From: a virus
Direction: 5' to 3' (one strand)
DNA length: 64,000 nucleotides
Virus record (IMG/VR): IMGVR_UViG_3300006735_000018
Location: 28,963 to 92,962 of that record
The first letter of the stretch is position 1; each line of letters opens with the position of its first letter. The translations under genes were made by a program, and so were the position numbers. The notes beneath the pieces are model-generated. The model had not been told where the DNA came from. It was given only the letters and a program-made list of their open reading frames with translations, and searched no databases. Shown here piece after piece: positions 50,841 through 60,330 of this stretch.

Positions 50841-53546
50841 TTCCTCCATAAAATAATTTTCACTAGTATTTATTTTTTTCCAGTACATCTTTTCTTCTCT
50901 AGATAGTTCTAATATTTCATCTAAAGAGTCTTGGTCACCTTTTTTCCTACCTATACCATTTATTAAATTACATTGAGTTTTGGTGTAGTATTCTCTATCT
51001 TCTGGATTTTTCTTCAATAAACTATCTCTGACTTCTGGTTTAAAACAAACCAATAACGGTTCTACTCTTTTATTAAAACCAGAAATATATCTAGGTACAT
51101 TATATTCACCCATAGCACCGCTTTCTAAATCATTTTCAGATATTAGATAAGAATTTAAAATAATTTCTTCAGTGCCATCTTTTTTCTTTTTTCTTTGTAC
51201 ATCACCATGAGACATTACTTTACCATTGTTAACATAATATATAGTGTCACCCAAAGAAACGGTAATATTTTCTTTAATTATTAACTCCATATGTGCTTGT
51301 CTAGACATTAAATTACCAGCTTTTGTTCTTTGTGTACACCTTTTTTTATAAGCTTCTACTTTTTGTTTAACTCTAGCCTTATTAGCTATTTTAGCTAAAG
51401 GTATTTCTTTATTATATATTTTTGTTAAATATTCATAATAATACTCAACAAATTGACCACCTTTACCCTCTAGTAATAATCTTAAACCAACATCAATAAA
51501 TTCTTCTAAATAACCTTGTAATTTTTTAGATTTAATTGAGTTACCTGTGAGTTTAACTGTACCGTTAGGCATTAATAAAGCGTAGTTTTTTCTAGCTACA
51601 TTAATACAAGAAGGCCATTGACCGTCAGTATCTAACCCCATTTCACCCCTCATAAATAAATCATTATATTCAGCAACATCAGCTTCACTACCATTATATT
51701 CTTTATCTTTTTTTACTAATTCATTTTTACCTAAACCAATATATTTTCTATCATCAACATCTTCAGGACAAGAAAAGTTAACCCCATCTGTATCCATAAC
51801 TAAAGGGTCATAACCTCTACTCATAAAAAATCTAACCATTTGTCTTAAATATTGTCTAGCCGTACATGTTACCTTTTCACCCATATCCATATCACCCCAA
51901 GGAAAAACCTGTGGTGCTGATAGTGACCCAAACATTGAGTTAATGAATATTTTAATGGGTAGTTGTTTTCTACCGAACGATTCTGATTTTTTCTTATCTG
52001 TAGAATAATATTTAGATGCTAAATTTTTATATCTAATCCTAGTATCTCTAAAGTATTTTAACATGCCTTTCATAGCGTTTGTAACATCACACTCTGGAAA
52101 AACATCGTGGACTAGTTGTATTGATGGGTATAGTGAACTAAAATCTAATTTAAGGACATTTGTTGAATATCCAGTTTTGACAAGTCTAGATAGACCACCA
52201 ACAAATGGTCTTTTACTATTTTTAGCTGGTACAGCTAAACCTCTATGGTATGACCAAGCCAACATTAACATTTTCCAAAGAGTAGCTGTACCCATTGTAG
52301 AAACTCTTTCGTATGATGTAGGTACCATACTAGCTAATAAAAAAGAAGCTTGATTAAACTGACCGTCAACTTCTTGTGTTTCCCATAAATCGTCAATTAA
52401 GTACATTTCTACAATTTTTTCACCATTAACTTTTTTATAAACTTTTGGGTGTCTTTTGTCTAGTTTTTTTAATCCTGGTTCGTCTATAGATTTATATTTA
52501 CCATTTTCAATATTTAAATAGAACTCTTTATTTTCAGAATATGTCGATGCGATTTTATCACCCGGCACATAAACTCGGTTAGGTTTTTCAGACTTACTAA
52601 ATTGTGTTATATATTTTAACCCCCAACTTTTAATTTCAGAGTTGATTGTTTGAGCTCTTCTAACAGAGTGGGCTATATCTAAAGAATTGTAACCCCATAT
52701 TTTTAGTTGTTTATAATCTTCTATTTCCGCACCTAGTTTTAAAACACCATCTTTCATTTTATAATCCTCATTAGGGTTTAAAGTTTTAAACTCTTTTGTA
52801 TTCATACCTAGAATTTCAGCTCTTTTAAATAACCAAGGCCAGTCAAAATTAGATGAGTTATACCCACCAATTATACTGGGTTTTATTTCATCTATAATAT
52901 CAAAAAATTGATATATGGCTTCAATTTCTGATTCTGGTGTATCTTTTACTTCTATAACTTTTTCATAACCCCTATTATCTTTTATACCTATCATAAAAAT
53001 TCTTCCGTCTTCTGGGTCTAAAGCTGTTGTTTCTAAGTCAAAAACTAATCTATGGACATCATCATATTCGTCAAAACCTTTAAATAATCTTTTTCTTTTT
53101 TGTATTAAGTATTGTTCTATAGGTGGTAATATTTGAATACTACTTCTATTATCTTCACCCCAAGGATTTAAACCACCTTGTTTAAAAAAACTAACTAATT
53201 CTCTATATGACTTTGTTGTTTTAATTAAGTAAGTTAACCCATTTTCTAATCTTACATTTTCAGCTGTTTCTAATCTTTCAACAATAATACCGTATTTGGT
53301 CATCGCTGCTTTTTGTTTGTGTTTGTTGTTTTGGTAAAAGTTTTTTTTGCTTAGGTTACCTACCCAACAAAATGGGGTAAATGTGTCTGTTTCTATAATT
53401 TTACCTTTTACTGGACATTGTTTGATTTTATAAATCTTACCTGTCCTATAACCATATTCTAAAGCTACTATGTGTTTTTCTGGGTCTGAACCATGAAGGA
53501 ATTCATGGATTTCTTCTAATGTTGCGTTTTTTAAATTTTCTGTCAT
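50817..53546 (-). CDS. polB: Family B DNA polymerase
   Basis: ExoI FDLETT, ExoII GYNSSNFDW, ExoIII YLIDD, motif A LDFSSLYPS, motif B KIFINSMFG and motif C MDTDG. Confidence 0.95.
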   Translation of the reverse strand: MTENLKNATLEEIHEFLHGSDPEKHIVALEYGYRTGKIYKIKQCPVKGKIIETDTFTPFCWVGNLSKKNFYQNNKHKQKAAMTKYGIIVERLETAENVRLENGLTYLIKTTKSYRELVSFFKQGGLNPWGEDNRSSIQILPPIEQYLIQKRKRLFKGFDEYDDVHRLVFDLETTALDPEDGRIFMIGIKDNRGYEKVIEVKDTPESEIEAIYQFFDIIDEIKPSIIGGYNSSNFDWPWLFKRAEILGMNTKEFKTLNPNEDYKMKDGVLKLGAEIEDYKQLKIWGYNSLDIAHSVRRAQTINSEIKSWGLKYITQFSKSEKPNRVYVPGDKIASTYSENKEFYLNIENGKYKSIDEPGLKKLDKRHPKVYKKVNGEKIVEMYLIDDLWETQEVDGQFNQASFLLASMVPTSYERVSTMGTATLWKMLMLAWSYHRGLAVPAKNSKRPFVGGLSRLVKTGYSTNVLKLDFSSLYPSIQLVHDVFPECDVTNAMKGMLKYFRDTRIRYKNLASKYYSTDKKKSESFGRKQLPIKIFINSMFGSLSAPQVFPWGDMDMGEKVTCTARQYLRQMVRFFMSRGYDPLVMDTDGVNFSCPEDVDDRKYIGLGKNELVKKDKEYNGSEADVAEYNDLFMRGEMGLDTDGQWPSCINVARKNYALLMPNGTVKLTGNSIKSKKLQGYLEEFIDVGLRLLLEGKGGQFVEYYYEYLTKIYNKEIPLAKIANKARVKQKVEAYKKRCTQRTKAGNLMSRQAHMELIIKENITVSLGDTIYYVNNGKVMSHGDVQRKKKKDGTEEIILNSYLISENDLESGAMGEYNVPRYISGFNKRVEPLLVCFKPEVRDSLLKKNPEDREYYTKTQCNLINGIGRKKGDQDSLDEILELSREEKMYWKKINTSENYFMEELGLLNTV

Positions 53547-53604
53547 TATCGTTTGTATTATTATCTTCGTGATTATTCACGAGTTTTACTTAACATTCGA
53601 TAAA

Positions 53605-53633
53605 AATATAATAAAGTTTTTTTGAGATATCAA
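53605..53633 (-). promoter_or_regulatory. Sigma70-type promoter for the DNA polymerase gene
   Basis: Minus strand TTGATA-17 nt-TATATT upstream of polB. Confidence 0.55.
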
Positions 53634-54020
53634 TTAACAGACGCAAGAAGCTGAAACAAAAGAATCTGTAATGTTTATAAACAAGTCTTCTCTAATTGGG
53701 ACTTTGAGTTCACTGCATTCGTCGTGTAAAAATATAGAAAACATGGCTTGGTATCTACCTACTTTTTTAACATCTTTTTTTCTCCACCTATAATATATGT
53801 AATATTCTGTTGGTGCGTTAGGTGATAGTAGAATCTTTTGTACTAAACCAGCTGGTTGGTTTAATATTCTGTAGGTTCCGTCATCTACACTTTTCATCGA
53901 GAACCTTATTGTGGAATTTTCTAGTTTATCGTGTAAGGTATCAAATTCATTTCTACCATCTCTAACTAATTCCATTTTTAAAATGGGTTCTAATGAATCT
54001 TTTCTTATAAAAAATTCCAT
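53634..54020 (-). CDS. BppU-like baseplate/fibre-associated protein
   Basis: FFIRKDSLEP.L...IRFSM...YYRW...D....GRY.A.F.I resembles the BppU N-terminal fold. Confidence 0.55.
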   Translation of the reverse strand: MEFFIRKDSLEPILKMELVRDGRNEFDTLHDKLENSTIRFSMKSVDDGTYRILNQPAGLVQKILLSPNAPTEYYIYYRWRKKDVKKVGRYQAMFSIFLHDECSELKVPIREDLFINITDSFVSASCVC

Positions 54021-54032
54021 AATTAATTTGTT

Positions 54033-55241
54033 TTAATGTCCAGTCATGGCGATATACCCATCATCAACTAACCCTATTTTTGCCCAATGTGTTCCACCCG
54101 TATATACTCTTATATTGTCACCGTCAAAAAACATTAACCCTTTGTGGTTTATCTTATCTTGAGTAGTTCCGGAAATACCTGGGTCAAACTTAAACATGTT
54201 ATTACTATGGTCTTCAATTAATGGTAACATAAATCCTTGTGCGTTATGTCCAGCCCCGGAAAAGATTTGGAAAGCTGCTCCCTTTAAGAGTTTTGAGTCA
54301 TTAAATGTTTTACCAGAAGAAAGTACTGACACACCTGAATGAGCTACTGTTAAAGCGTTATTTAATGAAGCGAAACCACTACCTGCTGTTCCTGTACCAT
54401 TACCTACAACAAATAAATCTGAAGTCATATTTCCTCTACCCACAACAAAGTGTGATGTTCCTGACGCGGTTGTTGCACTTCCTGCTGCGAATGAAGCTAA
54501 TGCTGATGCGGTTGTTCCAGTTCCCATAGCAAATGAAGCGTCGGAACTTGATGTGTTACCCGTACCAAAAGCTGTAGACATTTGACCAGTAACATTATTA
54601 CCACCACCGAAACCAACAGCTAAGTTTCCAGAGACCGTATTTGCTGAACCAGCAGCAAATGAATATAGTCCTGTCGACGTTAGTACTTTACCTAAAGCGA
54701 AAGCTCCTGTACTATTGGTTACTGTATTTGCTGAACCAAAGGCTGCTCCAACTAAACCTGAAACATTATGTCCCTTACCAAAAGCTGATGAAAAAGTTCC
54801 ACCAATTGTATGACCAGAACCTACACCTATTTTTGTAGTACCTGAAATAACACCACCACCTGCTGCACCAGTACTATTTCCTGATACTGTTAAACAATCT
54901 TGTATGATTATACCACCACCAGCAGCATTACCTCCAGGAGATGTAAGACCACTTATAGTCCCGTTTACAACTATAGCTGCAAAAGCTGCGTCACCAGCTC
55001 CAGATGCTGTATACCCACCTGAGTATACTGTAACACCCGAATTAAATGTTGCATTACCAGAAACGGTACCACCACTTGCAAATAAACCTACTGGGTGAGT
55101 AAATCCGTCTGGATTTTTTATGTATAGTTCATACTGGCTTTGTGTACCGGTACCACTACTAGCATATAAAGCTGTATGTCCTGTTGGTGGATTGGCTATA
55201 TGAGCTGGTTGTTCTGTTAAAAGTCTAATGTACGATGGCAT
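54033..55241 (-). CDS. Tail fibre/adhesin with YadA-head-like repeats
   Basis: Approximately 14-residue repeats of the type S.AFG..N..SG (SSAFGKGHNVSG, STAFGTGNTSS, SFAMGTGTTAS) followed by LFVVGNG. Confidence 0.7.
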   Translation of the reverse strand: MPSYIRLLTEQPAHIANPPTGHTALYASSGTGTQSQYELYIKNPDGFTHPVGLFASGGTVSGNATFNSGVTVYSGGYTASGAGDAAFAAIVVNGTISGLTSPGGNAAGGGIIIQDCLTVSGNSTGAAGGGVISGTTKIGVGSGHTIGGTFSSAFGKGHNVSGLVGAAFGSANTVTNSTGAFALGKVLTSTGLYSFAAGSANTVSGNLAVGFGGGNNVTGQMSTAFGTGNTSSSDASFAMGTGTTASALASFAAGSATTASGTSHFVVGRGNMTSDLFVVGNGTGTAGSGFASLNNALTVAHSGVSVLSSGKTFNDSKLLKGAAFQIFSGAGHNAQGFMLPLIEDHSNNMFKFDPGISGTTQDKINHKGLMFFDGDNIRVYTGGTHWAKIGLVDDGYIAMTGH

Positions 55242-55297
55242 ATTCTATTTTTTTTGTTTAATTATCTTTATATATAATTATTTTGTTATTTACAAAA

Positions 55298-58200
55298 CTA
55301 CTTGTAAGTATTTCCTAATAATGTAACAATAGCATCTAAAGACTCATCCATTTTAATTATAACACATTCAAGAGTGTCTTCTGGGTTCATCCAAACAGGC
55401 ATTGTTACTTCAACTGCTACTTCTTGTTTAAATTTCTTATAAAATTTAACTGAAGATATATTTTCTTGTGTATACCCTCTAAATTTAACTTGGTTATCAC
55501 CACTGGTAAAGTATAAGTTATTAGATAAATATCCAAATATTGCTTTTATATCATACATATTACCCTCTGTTAGGTATAATGTTTGTGACGAATCACAAGC
55601 ATTTTTTGAACAGTTTTTTGTAAATTCACAATCTATTAAATTATACCTATCTTTATTAACTAAAAAGTTGTGATATATTTCATCAGCTTGTAGAGGTTTT
55701 GTATAATATCTTAATTGTGATATTCCACCCATCCAAGTTCCAGCAAAATTCTTTTCTATTAAAAGACCTAAATCATCTGGGTCTTGTTCTAAACGTTGTA
55801 TAGGTTCATCTAAAGTACAAGCTGTATAACTAGTAAACCCAGTACCACCACTAACAGTACTAAGGTCACAAGTATCAGTACTAAGTCCTGTTTCATCACA
55901 AGGTGACATCGTCATATTTTCTAATAGTCCTATTGAAGCACCACCCCAAGCTATATTATATGGTACACCGACTTGTAAATCTCTATGTTGGTTTAATGTT
56001 CTAGGTATTATTTCTTCAAAGTCTTCAACAACAAAGTGTCTTCTACCGTTAATATAAAAGACTAATTTACCCCGTCTATACTCATCATGTGACAACCAAG
56101 AACCGAAAGTTGTTGCTGCTGTAAAACAACAATCGTTTGCTGTTTTACCAGAAATACCCGAACAATCAAACTCATAATAACCATCTTCTGGTACTAAAGG
56201 TAATTCATCAAATACATTATTACATCTTGGGGCAGCCACTGCTGCCGTTATACCAGAAAAAAGATATAGTGGGTCTAGTAACCCACCTAATGAATATTCT
56301 ACCCCATTACCTAGACTTTGGGCACAACTTGTGCCTGTTATTAATGGGAAGTTCCTTTCGTAAGTTACAGCAACATGTATCCATGTGTCCTCACAAGTAC
56401 CTGAATTTATTATTGACGGACATATTACATCAGAATATTTTTCTTCAATATGGTAACCACAAACAAACGTATCTCCAGTTGTACAACCTGAACCTACAGC
56501 TGTACCCCCAGTAGTTTCACAAGTACCTGTATATCTTATAGTTCTATAACCTATTTTAAAATCTGGTGTTATTCTGAAACCTAAATTATTAGAAACAATG
56601 TCATTAGTCATTGAGGACATCGTAACTGTTGTTGACGTACCTCCTGTTGCTATATCAAATGGTGATGTAGCAATAACAGCAGGTCCTAAAGTGTGACCAC
56701 TTATTATATCCATACAACAGTTATAACCACTCATACTTGTACAACCAGTTTCGCTAGGAAATTCATTGTGGAATTTATTTTCGGCCCTAGTACCTGTATA
56801 AAAGAAGAAACCTGAGTTATTAGGGTAATCATCATTTACCGTTCTAGTGTCCGCAGTACAATTTAAATTTTGAGTTCTTGCTGTTAACCAGGTGTCTGTA
56901 CCATAATCATATCCCGTATATTTCATACCATAACATGCAGTATCCACACAATCACCCTCTGAATCTACAACATAAGAGAAATCATACACCTCACCTTTTG
57001 GTTCTTCTTGTGGTACATCAAAACCAGCTGTTTTACAACATAAGCATTGTTGGTCTTCTTTCATTTCTGGTTCAAAACAAACTCTCCTACAAAACTCTTC
57101 AACCCTAGGGTCTCTACACTTGTAACGAGCAGGGTCTTCATCACTAGAGTAATCAAAACACGAAAATTTTGTATAAAACTCCGTACAATCTACACTATCT
57201 GGTAATATAACACCTGACTCTGTAACTGTAACACCTGTATTCCAAATTGGGTGTGTGTAATATGTTGTAGGATTTGTTGATGCGTCATAACATCCATCCC
57301 CAGCGTTTACCCTTACATTTTTTTCAACATTATAGTTGGTGGAGAAACATGTACCACCGGTTGTAGTTCCAGTTGCTCTTAGTTTTAAAAGAGTTTCCAT
57401 AGCCCACCCTTCCTCAGCTCTATCAGGTAAAACATTATATGGGTAACCATAAAATTTATAAGTTCCTGTGTAATAACCACCATTTAATTCTTGGTAGTAA
57501 CCACTACTGTCTGTAGAAGAACTAATTGTGTATCTTCTGGTTCCAGACATGTTAAATTTACTAGAATCTTCTGGACCTGGATTGGTTGCGTCTCCTGAGT
57601 CAGGTCTTGCAAAGAATGAAAGAGACACATCTCTAGTTGTAGCTCCACTTTGTGATGGTGCTTGTGTATTAGCACTTACCTGCCACATTTTAAACCTACT
57701 ATCTTGTTCTGTTAATGTAAAAATACCAAAAGGACTAACATCTGAATTACCACTTATAGGTATAGCACCATTATGTAAAGTTATATGCCCAGTTGTTCTC
57801 ATATATGGGACAACACCAATATCAACATACGTTAATTTGTAATTTTCTATTTTATAAACACCTTCGTTACCTTGACTTGTATAACCAGTTCTTCCACCAC
57901 AAGTATCTCCACTATCACCAGTAAATTCACACTCCTCATAAGGACAATCACAATAAGAAAATGCCTGATTCCAATAATTTTGACTTATGATTGATTGTGG
58001 GTAAGCTGAAACACCAATATCTAAAGATGGTACAGGGTAATTAATCAGACCACCAGCAGAATTACCACCAGAAAAAAAACTAGATTGTTGTACAACACTA
58101 ACACCAGTTAAATGTGGTTGTATTGTACAGGCGGTATTATTTAAATCTATCCATAAGGGAAATGTATCACTTTGATTACCCACTTGTGGTGTTCTAGGTG

Positions 58201-58348
58201 TTGTATAACCTATAATGTTATCAGAATAAACAACTTCTCTTTGGAAATTTCGTTCATCAGAAGCTAAATAAAAATCATAATATTCACTATAATTTATTTT
58301 AGCGTCTAATCTTTTTCCGTAATTATTTAATAAATTTTGTGTTCCCAT
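55298..58348 (-). CDS. Large Cys-rich virion protein with a LamG/ConA-like domain
   Basis: 1016 aa; WIHVAVTY, LVFYING and GGISQLRYY.KPL.ADEI are LamG-like strands interrupted by Cys-rich inserts. Confidence 0.62.
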   Translation of the reverse strand: MGTQNLLNNYGKRLDAKINYSEYYDFYLASDERNFQREVVYSDNIIGYTTPRTPQVGNQSDTFPLWIDLNNTACTIQPHLTGVSVVQQSSFFSGGNSAGGLINYPVPSLDIGVSAYPQSIISQNYWNQAFSYCDCPYEECEFTGDSGDTCGGRTGYTSQGNEGVYKIENYKLTYVDIGVVPYMRTTGHITLHNGAIPISGNSDVSPFGIFTLTEQDSRFKMWQVSANTQAPSQSGATTRDVSLSFFARPDSGDATNPGPEDSSKFNMSGTRRYTISSSTDSSGYYQELNGGYYTGTYKFYGYPYNVLPDRAEEGWAMETLLKLRATGTTTGGTCFSTNYNVEKNVRVNAGDGCYDASTNPTTYYTHPIWNTGVTVTESGVILPDSVDCTEFYTKFSCFDYSSDEDPARYKCRDPRVEEFCRRVCFEPEMKEDQQCLCCKTAGFDVPQEEPKGEVYDFSYVVDSEGDCVDTACYGMKYTGYDYGTDTWLTARTQNLNCTADTRTVNDDYPNNSGFFFYTGTRAENKFHNEFPSETGCTSMSGYNCCMDIISGHTLGPAVIATSPFDIATGGTSTTVTMSSMTNDIVSNNLGFRITPDFKIGYRTIRYTGTCETTGGTAVGSGCTTGDTFVCGYHIEEKYSDVICPSIINSGTCEDTWIHVAVTYERNFPLITGTSCAQSLGNGVEYSLGGLLDPLYLFSGITAAVAAPRCNNVFDELPLVPEDGYYEFDCSGISGKTANDCCFTAATTFGSWLSHDEYRRGKLVFYINGRRHFVVEDFEEIIPRTLNQHRDLQVGVPYNIAWGGASIGLLENMTMSPCDETGLSTDTCDLSTVSGGTGFTSYTACTLDEPIQRLEQDPDDLGLLIEKNFAGTWMGGISQLRYYTKPLQADEIYHNFLVNKDRYNLIDCEFTKNCSKNACDSSQTLYLTEGNMYDIKAIFGYLSNNLYFTSGDNQVKFRGYTQENISSVKFYKKFKQEVAVEVTMPVWMNPEDTLECVIIKMDESLDAIVTLLGNTYK

Positions 58349-58353
58349 TGATT

Positions 58354-58386
58354 ATAAATATCATTCTACTACAACTTAATATTTAT
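58354..58386. promoter_or_regulatory. Back-to-back TATTTAT (putative late promoter) motifs for divergent genes
   Basis: TATTTAT on the minus strand at 58354-58360 before 58348(-), and on the plus strand at 58380-58386 before 58406(+). Confidence 0.6.
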
Positions 58387-58405
58387 ATATAAAGAATATT
58401 TAATT

Positions 58406-59116
58406 ATGGCAAAAAAAGAACCTATAGTATTATCTAAAAAAGATATGGAAAAATTACACAAAGACGGTAAATTAAATATAGATAATACGTTATTAGTTTA
58501 TAATGTTAATCCTAAATCAACAACTAAAAAAGACAATGAAGAAGAGATTGATGAGTTAGTTGATTATGATGGTTCTATTGTGGGTAGTAAAGTCCCTTTA
58601 GGTTGGGAAAACGTTAAAACTATGTCGGCAACTAAGACTACGGATGCTACTGTACCTATGAGTAGACAATCTGGTTTAAATGGTCAATATTCTAATGTTT
58701 TAAAGCGTTTTTGGGGTGAGTCTGTTGAGGAAGTTAGTGAACATGATATGAGTGATGTTTTAGGTTATGATGATACCATTTATATGGATGCTGATGAGAC
58801 TATAGAATACTTTAAAAAAGAACATGATATGGATGAAATTGAAGCTGAGGATAGGGCTGAAAGTATGGGTAAGACTGTTAATTTAGATAAAAAAGGTGAA
58901 GAGGGACATAATTTTCAGAGATTAGTTGAGGATGATGATGTTATAAAAATGTTAGAAATAATTTTAAGTAAAAAAGATAAGGATTCTGGTGTACAAAACA
59001 GTGTTAATTCCGAGATTCCTCAATACATAGATAAAAAACTTAGATTAATTCAAAAATACGCTAGAAATAACGGTATAGATATGGGTAGTATTATTAATAA
59101 ATTAAAAGATGAATAA
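58406..59116 (+). CDS. Acidic hypothetical protein
   Basis: 236-aa ORF; first gene of a + strand late-type operon. Confidence 0.6.
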   Translation: MAKKEPIVLSKKDMEKLHKDGKLNIDNTLLVYNVNPKSTTKKDNEEEIDELVDYDGSIVGSKVPLGWENVKTMSATKTTDATVPMSRQSGLNGQYSNVLKRFWGESVEEVSEHDMSDVLGYDDTIYMDADETIEYFKKEHDMDEIEAEDRAESMGKTVNLDKKGEEGHNFQRLVEDDDVIKMLEIILSKKDKDSGVQNSVNSEIPQYIDKKLRLIQKYARNNGIDMGSIINKLKDE

Positions 59117-59576
59117 AGACCTTAAACATGACTTTTATAAATTACCTGATGAATTATTAAAAAGTTTACAAAGTAATTTAAAAAATTCTTCTAGTAAATC
59201 TAGTGGTTATGATAGACTTAGTAATTTATGTAAAAATAAAGGAGTAAGTTATGGTCAAGCTAAAAAAATAAAGCATGAAATGGAAAATGGTTTAAATCCT
59301 GAAGCTTACAAACTTGTAGGTGGTGAGGATTTAATTGATTGGATTAATGATACTTTGGGGAGAAATAGAAAAATATCTGATGGAAATAAACGGAGAAAAA
59401 TGAATGCTGGTTTAGAAAATCAATTTAAAAAAACTCACAGTAAAGATAAGAGTAAAAACCCTACAAAAGTTAGGTTAGTTAGCACCCAAAAAAATGCAGA
59501 CGAAATAATTAATAATAGAGCGGTTTACAATGAAGCGTCTCGAATTAGAGACATAATAAACAAAATAATAATATAA
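59109..59576 (+). CDS. Basic hypothetical protein
   Basis: 155 aa, Lys-rich, with C-terminal VYNEASRIRDII. Confidence 0.6.
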   Translation: MNKDLKHDFYKLPDELLKSLQSNLKNSSSKSSGYDRLSNLCKNKGVSYGQAKKIKHEMENGLNPEAYKLVGGEDLIDWINDTLGRNRKISDGNKRRKMNAGLENQFKKTHSKDKSKNPTKVRLVSTQKNADEIINNRAVYNEASRIRDIINKIII

Positions 59577-59577
59577 A

Positions 59578-59925
59578 ATGGCAGATTTTAATCAAAAAAA
59601 GGCAGGTGAAAAATTAACAGACATCTCAGCCAAAACTAGAGAACAATTAATTACCAGAAACACTTATAAAAGTAATAATACTTATAGTGCTAATCACCCA
59701 AACGCTTTAGCAGATGGAGACCCTAAAGGTAAAGGGAACGCACAATACTTAAATGTTTACGATGAAAGTACGGGTGGTAGTTTAGATATTTTAGGTAATG
59801 GTGAAGCTAATAGTGGACGTGTAGGTAATATAAAAAATAACCTATATAATAAATCTAATGAATATTCAGCTGGTAACATGGACACCGGAAATGGATACGC
59901 ACCTACAGTTAGTGAACCAAGATAA
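59578..59925 (+). CDS. Hypothetical protein
   Basis: 115 aa containing HPNALADGDPKGKG. Confidence 0.6.
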   Translation: MADFNQKKAGEKLTDISAKTREQLITRNTYKSNNTYSANHPNALADGDPKGKGNAQYLNVYDESTGGSLDILGNGEANSGRVGNIKNNLYNKSNEYSAGNMDTGNGYAPTVSEPR

Positions 59926-59930
59926 CATAA

Positions 59931-60326
59931 ATGAAACTTTACAATGTCATATCAAACCTTATACTTGAGCAAGCATCTCAATCAGAAATTATAGATGCTA
60001 TAAAAAATAAACATGTCTGTGAATTAGAGTATGAGGATGATATGAGTATAGGTCCAGGTAAACGAGTAATACAACCTGTAGCTTTTGGTGAATCTTTAAG
60101 AAATAATAAAGTTATTAGAGCTTATCAAACATCAGGACCATCATTAAAAGTAAATGAAGAGGGTATTCCTCTACCAGATTGGAGATTATTTAGATTAGAT
60201 AGGATAAGTAATTTTAAACCAATTAAAGGTGAGGATTCTGTTTTTGAGACTTTTACTGAACCACCTATGTATAATCCGTTTGGTGATAAATCTATGAACA
60301 GACTTTTAGTTAATTCAAAATTTTAA
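59931..60326 (+). CDS. Stand-alone WYL-domain protein
   Basis: DAIKNKHVCELEY...GKRVIQPVAFG...IRAYQ...WRLFRLDRI. Confidence 0.78.
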   Translation: MKLYNVISNLILEQASQSEIIDAIKNKHVCELEYEDDMSIGPGKRVIQPVAFGESLRNNKVIRAYQTSGPSLKVNEEGIPLPDWRLFRLDRISNFKPIKGEDSVFETFTEPPMYNPFGDKSMNRLLVNSKF

Positions 60327-60330
60327 AAAT

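Noticed and set aside
10181-53546. Inteins, introns or homing endonucleases in nrdJ, dnaB, recA and polB
   Set aside because: The genes are of normal length and continuous; I saw no C...HN splice motifs and no HNH/LAGLIDADG/GIY-YIG ORFs.
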